Notes under the pieces: model-generated
Told to the model about the DNA's origin: nothing
The model's database searches: none
What the model saw: only the letters and a program-made list of their open reading frames with translations
Origin: Candidatus Omnitrophica bacterium UBA6215
Lineage (GTDB): Bacteria; Omnitrophota; Gorgyraeia; Pluralincolimonadales; Pluralincolimonadaceae
Direction: 5' to 3'
Length of the DNA stretch: 64,000 nucleotides
NCBI GenBank assembly: GCA_002421665.1
Contig: DISH01000006.1
Coordinates: 84,879 to 148,878, forward strand
Part shown: positions 40,773-48,601 of the stretch, piece by piece
Layout: each line of letters starts with the position of its first letter
Position numbering within the stretch: the first letter of the stretch is position 1
Program-made: the position numbers and the translations under genes

Positions 40773-41450
40773 TCATCTCCCCTTGTTAATAACCCACTCT
40801 TGATTTTGGCCGTATAATACCACACTACCCGGCTTTATGTCAAGAACTTTATAACCGTTGTACTCCTCGCCCTTCTTGACTTCGAATGTCTTGTCGTTCA
40901 TTGAGTCATATAATTTAGCTATAAGCTCTTTACTTTTAACGGGTTTCTTGTACTCAAGGATGAGCTGGCCGTCTCTGTTTTCTGCCTTGATCAGTTTGGA
41001 GTTTATTTCCAAAATTTTGTAATCCTTAAACTTTTCCCCCTTCTTAGCAAAATATGTCTTACCCGACCAGTTGATCTGCCCTATCATGGTCCCATCCTGC
41101 TTCTGGATGAAGCCGTTATACATAAAAGGCAGATTGTTCGCTCCTATGGAAACGACCTTAAGCTTTTCCGGGCTGAACTGCTCGGGGGGCGCTTCCGGTT
41201 TGATAAAAATATTCCTGTCGAACAAAGGCTTATATCTCGATATCGCGAACGGTGAATTAATACCGTCGATAAGCGCGGCATATTTGTCGGTTGTATCCGC
41301 GACTTCACTGTCCTGGGCTTTCTGCGTTCCGGCCTTCTCCTCTATTAAAACATCTGATCCTTCAGGCGCAAAGAGGGATGATCCCCTCCAAAGAAAGACG
41401 AGCCATATCGCAAACAGGATCATAGTTGCTATTTTATAAACGTCCTTCAT
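40773..41450 (-). CDS. Bitopic membrane protein, putative PilP/GspC-like assembly component
   Basis: It has an N-terminal TM and a beta-rich periplasmic region. The call is based on its position between the PilO-like gene and the secretins, with no strong motif. Confidence 0.3.
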   Translation of the reverse strand: MKDVYKIATMILFAIWLVFLWRGSSLFAPEGSDVLIEEKAGTQKAQDSEVADTTDKYAALIDGINSPFAISRYKPLFDRNIFIKPEAPPEQFSPEKLKVVSIGANNLPFMYNGFIQKQDGTMIGQINWSGKTYFAKKGEKFKDYKILEINSKLIKAENRDGQLILEYKKPVKSKELIAKLYDSMNDKTFEVKKGEEYNGYKVLDIKPGSVVLYGQNQEWVINKGR

Positions 41451-42211
41451 TTCTTCTCCTGTTGCTGTACGGCAGCCACTATTATCATTTCAACCTTAAG
41501 CGCGCCCTTTTCGCCCATATCTTCATTTACTGTCTTTGCTTTTATCATCTCTATTCTGAACGGTATCCCCGCAGAATACAATTTATACATAAAATTCACG
41601 AGGTTATCGCTCTTGCATTCGAATGAAATCCTGACCGGGAAATTCCTGAACAGAGGGTCTTTCTCGCCTTCAAGAACGACCACTTTGGATTCCAGGAACT
41701 CTACGGATGAGACTTCGGGTATCTTGGACTGCAGCATAAGGTCGATGATCTCGGCGATTATATCCAGCTGCTTGACCCTTACCGGAAGGTCCGCCGGTGC
41801 GGGGATATCATGCTCATACCGCTCAAACCCCAGCCAGAACGGGAATTGGAAATCAATAGGAGCGCCTTTATCCTTTATATTCTTTTGGACCCTGTAAAGC
41901 TCTTCCTTGAATTTCAAGGCATCGCCGACATCCTTTGGCATCTGCGCAACAGGTTTGGAGAAGAGCCCCTTGCTCATGCGCTCGTTCACGCTGTTAAGGG
42001 AACCCATCTGCCTTTCCAGTCTAAGCCTTTCCCTGTTGAGGTTGCCGAGCCCTTCGCTCCTGAAGTTATCCAGTTCTCCGGTCTTGCCTTCTATGGACCT
42101 CTTCAAGGAAATCCTGTCCAGCCCAACTAAAACGGCTATGCCTAGGGAAATCAAGAAAAGCACTCCCAGTGCAATTTTTGTCATTATATGGGACTTTATC
42201 CCGTTAGCCAT
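41447..42211 (-). CDS. PilO/GspM-like bitopic membrane protein
   Basis: It has an N-terminal TM, then a coiled coil, then an alpha/beta domain. It sits immediately downstream of the PilM-PilN fusion. Confidence 0.4.
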   Translation of the reverse strand: MANGIKSHIMTKIALGVLFLISLGIAVLVGLDRISLKRSIEGKTGELDNFRSEGLGNLNRERLRLERQMGSLNSVNERMSKGLFSKPVAQMPKDVGDALKFKEELYRVQKNIKDKGAPIDFQFPFWLGFERYEHDIPAPADLPVRVKQLDIIAEIIDLMLQSKIPEVSSVEFLESKVVVLEGEKDPLFRNFPVRISFECKSDNLVNFMYKLYSAGIPFRIEMIKAKTVNEDMGEKGALKVEMIIVAAVQQQEKK

Positions 42212-42213
42212 TC

Positions 42214-43851
42214 TTATTTTTTGTCCTTATCAGAATCCAGCGGTTCCGATAGCATCCCGCGCGCTTTAAGCTTGAACTTTATGGAAAAATCCCTTATCTG
42301 CCCCATGCCCTCTTCGTCGTCTTTCGGGAGACTCGCGTAAATTATATCTACACTTTCAAAGAAAGGGGATTCCGCCAGTTTGTTCTTGAAATCCGTGATA
42401 GCGGTCAGGTTCTCGGAGGTCCTGCCTTCTATAGTTACCCAATCTTTCTCCATACCAAACGAAGTAAGCCATGTCTCTTTCGGAAGGAGTTTTTCGACCT
42501 CAAGGAAAGACTCCAGCAAAAGCGATCTTCTGGCTGCTATATTCTCAAGCGGTTTTATGCTTAACTCGCCTTTCTTTATGCTATCCTTAAGGGATGCGAT
42601 CTTGGTCTTGACTCCCTCATACTGAGATAACATTTCATCCAGGAAGGATATCTGTTTTCTTAAGGCTCCCGACTGGAACCATATGTTCATTGCTATGGTG
42701 AAGGGAATGAGGGCGAGCATGATCCCAGCCGATATTATCCATATTCTCTCTTTCTTGAAGTCCCTCTCCTCTTTCCTCTCTATCGGCAGCAGGTCTATAT
42801 TTGTCGGGCATCTCTGAAGCACCCGCAGACCAAGGCCGATAGCCGCTCCGAACCTTGACTGGAAATCTATATCCACCCTGAGGTTGGAAGGACACTTTAT
42901 CTTCTGGCCGAGGTTAGCGCGCCTGATCTGCATGCCCAGGCTCTTCGACAGGAAATCCTCAATACCTTTTAGCTTAGAACCGCCTCCGGATAGTATCACT
43001 TCGCCGAAAACCGTATTCTTACCGTGTTTCGTTTTGTAAAATTCAAGCGACTGTACTATAGAGGAGACCATATCGGAAACGACGGAGTTGAGGATACCGG
43101 AGAGATCTTTTCCGGTTGAACTTACATTGGAGGGCATCAGACCGTCCGATGGGACAACCATGCCTTCTTTCCTTTTAAGTTCCTCCGCCTTGTCAAAAGG
43201 CATGTTAAGTTTGGTGGCGATAGCATGTGTCATCTCGTCACCGGCTATAAGCACGGAACGAACCCAAAACCCTTTGTCCTCAACGACTATAAGGTTTGTG
43301 GCCTTAGCGCCGATATCTATTATTATACCCTTGGATATGGGTTCATTGAACGTTATCGCGTTAAGCAGGGAGAGCGGGCTTACATCAACGGAATCTATAG
43401 CAAGGCCTGTCCTGGAAAAATTCGCGAGGGTAGATTCAACCAGTTCTTTTTTTGCGGCAACGAACAGGACATCCTCTTCCGGCCCTGAACTGCTGCGGAA
43501 TATCTGGTGGTCCCAGGTGATCTTATCGAGAGGGAACGGGACCTGTTGCTGGGCCTCGTATTTTATTATTTTGCCTATTTTGCCTTTTTGTATTTTGGGG
43601 AGCTTCAGGAACCTTATGAAGACGGACTGCCCGGAGAGGGATATGGCGGTATTCCCGCCGCGTATCTTTTCTGTTTTCAGGAGACCTTCCAGACCTTCCC
43701 TTATAAGGGCTTCCCTTTTGTCCTGGTCGGAATGCTGGGTAAGGTCAAAAAACTTCGCCCGAAGGAGTTGAAAACCTTCAGCTGTCTTTTCAAGCTCTAT
43801 AAGCTTGACTGAGCCTGCGCCTATATCGATACCGAGAGCACGTTTTCCCAT
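42214..43851 (-). CDS. PilM-PilN fusion protein (actin-like ATPase domain fused to a PilN/GspL-like TM segment)
   Basis: It has the N-terminal PilM-like motif LGIDIGAGSVKLIEL. The central region has the PilN/GspL hallmark NIDLLP followed by a TM helix and a coiled coil. Confidence 0.7.
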   Translation of the reverse strand: MGKRALGIDIGAGSVKLIELEKTAEGFQLLRAKFFDLTQHSDQDKREALIREGLEGLLKTEKIRGGNTAISLSGQSVFIRFLKLPKIQKGKIGKIIKYEAQQQVPFPLDKITWDHQIFRSSSGPEEDVLFVAAKKELVESTLANFSRTGLAIDSVDVSPLSLLNAITFNEPISKGIIIDIGAKATNLIVVEDKGFWVRSVLIAGDEMTHAIATKLNMPFDKAEELKRKEGMVVPSDGLMPSNVSSTGKDLSGILNSVVSDMVSSIVQSLEFYKTKHGKNTVFGEVILSGGGSKLKGIEDFLSKSLGMQIRRANLGQKIKCPSNLRVDIDFQSRFGAAIGLGLRVLQRCPTNIDLLPIERKEERDFKKERIWIISAGIMLALIPFTIAMNIWFQSGALRKQISFLDEMLSQYEGVKTKIASLKDSIKKGELSIKPLENIAARRSLLLESFLEVEKLLPKETWLTSFGMEKDWVTIEGRTSENLTAITDFKNKLAESPFFESVDIIYASLPKDDEEGMGQIRDFSIKFKLKARGMLSEPLDSDKDKK

Positions 43852-43894
43852 ATGGCTTGCGTATTATTCTATAAAATTAATCCCGGGTTGTCAA

Positions 43895-45088
43895 TTATTT
43901 TCGCGCGCGCTCTAATCTTTGGCACTCTACCATATTTTCGAAGGAATCTTGTTTGATCTGCCCGTCCTTTGAAAAATCATTGGCGATCGAAAAACAAAAA
44001 TAGGCCGTCTTTGCCTTTTCGCCTTTCTCCGGCTGTTTAAGCCTCCCTGCCTTCTTCAGGAGGTCTTCTCCCTGTTTGAAGTACCGGCCGCTCAAGTCGC
44101 TTATATATGACTGGTCCTGCATCCTTAACATATAACCTGTTATGAGAGCATGGCGGGCATCGCTGGAAGGTTCGGGTCTTGTATCAAAAAACCTCTTAAT
44201 GGCGTCCCGGGCTTTCGAATCCGCCATCTTCCTGACCTGCCCTCCGGATGAAGCAGCAACAATATCGTAACATGCGACCGCAGCGATGTAATAGCCGCTC
44301 TTCCTGTCCTTGTCAACTTCTTCGGCGCGCTCTTCGTAATCTATCCCCCTGTTGATGCACTTAATAAAATATGCCTGCTTGCATTCATCCGTATCCATGT
44401 GGGAAAGGACCGATTGCATCTCCTCGGCGGCAAAAACTATTTCAGGCGGCTCCTGTAAATTGTCAAGGATCTTCGATGCCCTGAAATTCCCCCAGATCTT
44501 AGTTATCAGGCCCCTGGACCTTCCCGCATAAGATGAATCCGGGTAAAGGGAGATCACCGACTTCGCCAACTGTTCGGCCTTATAATATTCGCCCCATTTA
44601 TATTCTGTCTCCGCTACGGCAAATAGTTTTTCGGCCTCTTTTTCCTGCACAACCGCGAGGTCCTTACCCGCTTTCTCTGCAAGTTTGGGATCCAATTCCT
44701 TCGCTATCCTGTAATGCCTGTCTGCCATTTCGAAGAGACCGTTCTCCGGGGTCGCATTGTCATAACACCATTTTGCAAGCTGGAGTTGCGCGGACGCGTC
44801 ATCCGGTTTTATACCATTGACCTTCAAAAAATATATATCCTGTTTTGTATAAAGGTCTTCTTCCCGTATGTCCGATCTTACGACGTTCTTTATCCACGCT
44901 TTCGGGAAAGTGCTTGTCCCCCCGGCCTTGAGCTTTACGGTAACATGGGTATCGCTCTCGTTCACTATCTTGCCGTCCATCTTCCCTCCTCCATCCTTCA
45001 GTTCGATAACATCGGCGGACCCGGCAGGACAAGACAATACCAGGGAAGCTGCCAGCAGGACAAGAACCGGAAAACCGCGACTCGACAT
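43895..45088 (-). CDS. Secreted hypothetical protein with TPR-like helical repeats
   Basis: It has the signal peptide MSSRGFPVLVLLAASLVLSCPAGSA. I recognised no family. Confidence 0.4.
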   Translation of the reverse strand: MSSRGFPVLVLLAASLVLSCPAGSADVIELKDGGGKMDGKIVNESDTHVTVKLKAGGTSTFPKAWIKNVVRSDIREEDLYTKQDIYFLKVNGIKPDDASAQLQLAKWCYDNATPENGLFEMADRHYRIAKELDPKLAEKAGKDLAVVQEKEAEKLFAVAETEYKWGEYYKAEQLAKSVISLYPDSSYAGRSRGLITKIWGNFRASKILDNLQEPPEIVFAAEEMQSVLSHMDTDECKQAYFIKCINRGIDYEERAEEVDKDRKSGYYIAAVACYDIVAASSGGQVRKMADSKARDAIKRFFDTRPEPSSDARHALITGYMLRMQDQSYISDLSGRYFKQGEDLLKKAGRLKQPEKGEKAKTAYFCFSIANDFSKDGQIKQDSFENMVECQRLERARK

Positions 45089-45096
45089 CTCTCCTC

Positions 45097-47610
45097 CTAT
45101 TTACAATATACCACCTTAGCGGGCGGTAAATAAGTCATCGTAACATCTTCCAGGACGGGGGTCTCCGCGTAGCCGGCATCGGAACTTGATAACGTCGCTA
45201 TAAAAGCTGCGCCGGAAGACACGCCTCCTATCGGACCATCCTTTGAAACGCCGATGGTGCCTATACCCCTGTCAACCTGCATCGACACCCGTTCTGAAAC
45301 TTCGCTGGCCGTAGAGGGCAGAGTCAGTGTCCATGAGATAGTGCCCCACCTGACATTTTCGGAGGTTATCATGTTCGGACAGCGATAAGAACCCGAGGAC
45401 GGTATTATCCTTAGTTCATCCCATTTAGGCGAAGCATTGTTGCCATAAAGCGCAGGATACCATTGCGTAAGCTGCCAGTTGTTCAAGTCATTGTTGTTGA
45501 TCGTCCAAAAACCGTAACGGTCGCGCTTGAGCTCGTTAGAGGCGTCATTATGGAACGGGATCATTACATAGTTCGTTGTCGCCGGGCTGAAACCGACGCT
45601 TCCGAGAAACCATCCGTTGTTGAAATTATAATACCTGTGCCAACCCTGGCCTACGGCAAGGTAGACGCGGTAATTCGGGCTCTGGGTTGCGCTTACCACC
45701 AGTTTAAGCGTCTCCTTCACGGGGCAGACACCGTGGAATTGTTCGAATCCCTGGTCCCCGGATGAGACGGTATAGTCGAAATAGTGGTTGACCTGCGGAT
45801 CGGACAGGCCGTAAAGGTAACCTATATTATATGTGCGTTCGTTCCTAAGCGACGGGGAGTTATTCCACATATGAAGCAATATCTTGCTGTCCGCAAAATC
45901 CTTTCCTTCGCGGGAAGACGCCGGTTCGTTCGTCGCAGAGTCACGCTCGACCGTCCAGCCGGGCCGGGTTATATCCCTTCTCGGGGAATATTCAAAACCC
46001 CAGTTCTGTGTCCAGAGTTTTCCCTTGACCTGGTTCGCCCATGTAAAATCAACATGTCCGGTATCTTCCCAGCCGTCGCCGCCCGGGGAAGGCCTCAGCG
46101 ACACCCTGAAAGAAAAAGCATTGCCGAATGTCCATCTGCTGTTATCCGACAATGCAAACTTAGGCCATCCTTCCCCCCACATCTCACAGTCCCCGTCGGA
46201 ATCGCTGTCAGATATATAAAGCGTGGCGTTCTGTTGCTGCCAATTCGACCAGCTGTACCCGGTCTTGTTCGTATTATCGTTGTCCTCGTCAAAGTTGTCC
46301 CAGAACCCAAGCTTGAGCGAATTGGGAACGGTTGTGTAATCAGAAGCGTAGATAAGGCCCTGGTCATCCGTAGATACCACCGGACAGGAATTCAGCCAGG
46401 TTACCCTTGAAAAAACCGGCTGGTCCAGGACGCCGTTGCCGTTCTTGTCCTCGCCCGGATCCAGCAGGCCGTTATAGTTCGCGTCCTCTCCGCGGAACTG
46501 TTCCTTCGTCGTGTAACTGACCACTTCAAATATCTTTACGACCGCCAGGGTCTCTTGCGCTGAACCAGTCCTGTCAACAGGGTCTGAAAGATCGCCGTCA
46601 GAATTCGTATCTATACCGACAGTCCCGGTAGAACATATTTCAAAGTAGCCCCCGGGATTGAAACAGAAATCCGTGGTATACAAAGAAGGCTTCACCCTGT
46701 TGGGATTGGCATTGGCTTTTATATTTATCCTGTCGATGGAACTAAGGGACGGGGTTATGGAAACATTATCTATAAAATCGTCGAATCCCCCTGATGCAGC
46801 CGTCCCGTTCCAGCTCCTGAAAGGCACAGAGGAACGTTGTGTCACGATCGCAGCGGCAAGAGCCGATGCCTGCGCATCCGTTACTATTCCCATCAGGACT
46901 GCCCGGAGAACCTCCTGGCCGGCGGTATTAATATTGACGGGGGCTTTCCTCTGGTAACTTCCGGGGCCTGTCATCCCCGGAGAAGTGCTGTCCTCGCTGT
47001 TCTCATCTATGTACCCGTAGACACAGATATAATCCCTGACCACGGCATACTTTGAGGCATCCCATCCGGAAGATGTCATTACCTCTTCCTTGGTAGCGAA
47101 CGGCCTGTTGGTATTATCGGCTATGGCCTCTCCATCTGCCCGGGCCAGGCCCAGTACGACCGCAAGATTGCCAAGAATGGTCCTTAAATTTGGGTTCGTA
47201 TCGTTTACATTGACCTGCGAAGCAGTATCCGTCACCTTCAATGAATATACGGCTATGCTGTTCCTCCCGATATCACCTAAAGAACCGCTGGTACCGTTGC
47301 CCGCTATCCCGTCACGAAGGTCGAACGACGGGTTGGAAGCGCTTGTGTAATTCCAGTCGCAGGAAGCCGACGGAAGCCCGATAAAATCGCTCGCGGAGAG
47401 TTCCCTTAAATACACCACTGCCAGGCTGATCCCGGCGTCCGAGGCCTGTTTGGCTTTCATATTCTCTATGTGGTTGGACGATGCTTTGAGATCAAAAGTC
47501 ATATTAAAAGCAAAAGAGGTGGCTATCAGCGCGACGAGAGCAAGCACTCCCACCGTCACGATAAGAGCTACGCCTTTATTGTCTCTTCTTCTGATAAGGT
47601 CTTTGGTCAT
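45097..47610 (-). CDS. Giant GspK-like minor pseudopilin (837 aa), paralog 2
   Basis: It has a prepilin-like N-terminus RRRDNKG|VALIVTVGVLALVALIATSF without Glu+5, which is GspK-like. It also has the helix-hairpin-helix motif PVNINTAGQEVLRAVL and a C-terminal motif TPVLEDVTMTY shared with the 951-aa paralog. Confidence 0.6.
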   Translation of the reverse strand: MTKDLIRRRDNKGVALIVTVGVLALVALIATSFAFNMTFDLKASSNHIENMKAKQASDAGISLAVVYLRELSASDFIGLPSASCDWNYTSASNPSFDLRDGIAGNGTSGSLGDIGRNSIAVYSLKVTDTASQVNVNDTNPNLRTILGNLAVVLGLARADGEAIADNTNRPFATKEEVMTSSGWDASKYAVVRDYICVYGYIDENSEDSTSPGMTGPGSYQRKAPVNINTAGQEVLRAVLMGIVTDAQASALAAAIVTQRSSVPFRSWNGTAASGGFDDFIDNVSITPSLSSIDRINIKANANPNRVKPSLYTTDFCFNPGGYFEICSTGTVGIDTNSDGDLSDPVDRTGSAQETLAVVKIFEVVSYTTKEQFRGEDANYNGLLDPGEDKNGNGVLDQPVFSRVTWLNSCPVVSTDDQGLIYASDYTTVPNSLKLGFWDNFDEDNDNTNKTGYSWSNWQQQNATLYISDSDSDGDCEMWGEGWPKFALSDNSRWTFGNAFSFRVSLRPSPGGDGWEDTGHVDFTWANQVKGKLWTQNWGFEYSPRRDITRPGWTVERDSATNEPASSREGKDFADSKILLHMWNNSPSLRNERTYNIGYLYGLSDPQVNHYFDYTVSSGDQGFEQFHGVCPVKETLKLVVSATQSPNYRVYLAVGQGWHRYYNFNNGWFLGSVGFSPATTNYVMIPFHNDASNELKRDRYGFWTINNNDLNNWQLTQWYPALYGNNASPKWDELRIIPSSGSYRCPNMITSENVRWGTISWTLTLPSTASEVSERVSMQVDRGIGTIGVSKDGPIGGVSSGAAFIATLSSSDAGYAETPVLEDVTMTYLPPAKVVYCK

Positions 47611-47701
47611 TGCCGCAAAAAATATACCTTATAAAAAATGTTAATTCAAGAGTAAAAAATACCCACGAGGGCATAACAGCATAAAAACATTACGTCGCAG
47701 C

Positions 47702-48601
47702 TTATTTCCTTCTGCCCGCCGCAAAGGCACCGATATCGCCGCGGGAACCGTCGGGGTCGTTATATTGCTTGTCCGGGTCCCCTGAATCTATACATGGAGA
47801 GCCTGCTTTAAGGCTATAATCATCCTTGGACGGGTTCATGAATTTTGGATCCGAAATCAGGTCATGCTCTCCCTTTTTGCAATCGATAAAATCCTTAACA
47901 TCCCAAAATATGTTATACTCCAGCTTAAGATAGACATCTTCACGGGGTTTCTGCCAGTATTTAGCCGCGTCTTTCTCGGATACGTCATTTGGGTTCGCCA
48001 TAATGGGGGGTTTTGTCACGAATATACCTACCCTGTTATTATAGAAGATACTATTCCTTATAGTAAGGTCTATGGGACCCTGCCAAAGCTGCAGCCCGTA
48101 TCCGCCGTTGATGATATCGCAGTTCGAGATGACCGCATTCTCCACCGAGCTTATTTTCAGGCACGTGGATAGGTTCTTCCCCCTCAATATGCAGTTCTTC
48201 ATCTTCAGGCCGTTCATGCCATTGACGGACAGCGGAAATCCGTCAACTTCTATCGTCAGGGCCTCCAGAGTAAGGTTGTTTATACTGCCGTTAACGGAAA
48301 CTATTGACAGGCCTTCCCGGCCCAATTTAATTGTCGTCCTGTCGGCTCCGTGTCCAGCCAAACGGGTATTACCCTTGAAGATCGTGGAGCCGTCCGCAGA
48401 GAAATCCCCCTCGCCCAGAAATATCGTATCGCCCGGCAGCGACTTTTCGCAGGCTTCTTTTATCGTCTTGCAGTCACCCGGAACGCGTATTGTATATTTA
48501 TCTGCGATCGCCGCAATAGAAACCGCATTGACCGCTAAAAAACCCGTCAGGACAGCGGACAACAAACGCATTTTACCCATATCGATAATCTTCCGGTTCA
48601 T
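47702..48601 (-). CDS. Secreted right-handed beta-helix repeat protein (pectin-lyase fold-like)
   Basis: It has a signal peptide, and repeated motifs NCILRGKN...ISNCDIINGGYGLQL...IRNSIFYNNRVGIFV typical of parallel beta-helix repeats. The start may be an internal Met. Confidence 0.5.
   Translation of the reverse strand: MNRKIIDMGKMRLLSAVLTGFLAVNAVSIAAIADKYTIRVPGDCKTIKEACEKSLPGDTIFLGEGDFSADGSTIFKGNTRLAGHGADRTTIKLGREGLSIVSVNGSINNLTLEALTIEVDGFPLSVNGMNGLKMKNCILRGKNLSTCLKISSVENAVISNCDIINGGYGLQLWQGPIDLTIRNSIFYNNRVGIFVTKPPIMANPNDVSEKDAAKYWQKPREDVYLKLEYNIFWDVKDFIDCKKGEHDLISDPKFMNPSKDDYSLKAGSPCIDSGDPDKQYNDPDGSRGDIGAFAAGRRK

Noticed and set aside
47611-47701. AT-rich gap upstream of the 837-aa pseudopilin with TTGAAT-N17-TATATT and a weak CCCTCGTGGG hairpin followed by a T-run
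   Set aside because: The hairpin is only 3-4 bp, the promoter hexamers are mediocre, and no RBS precedes the ATG. I judged this too weak to call as a terminator or promoter feature.
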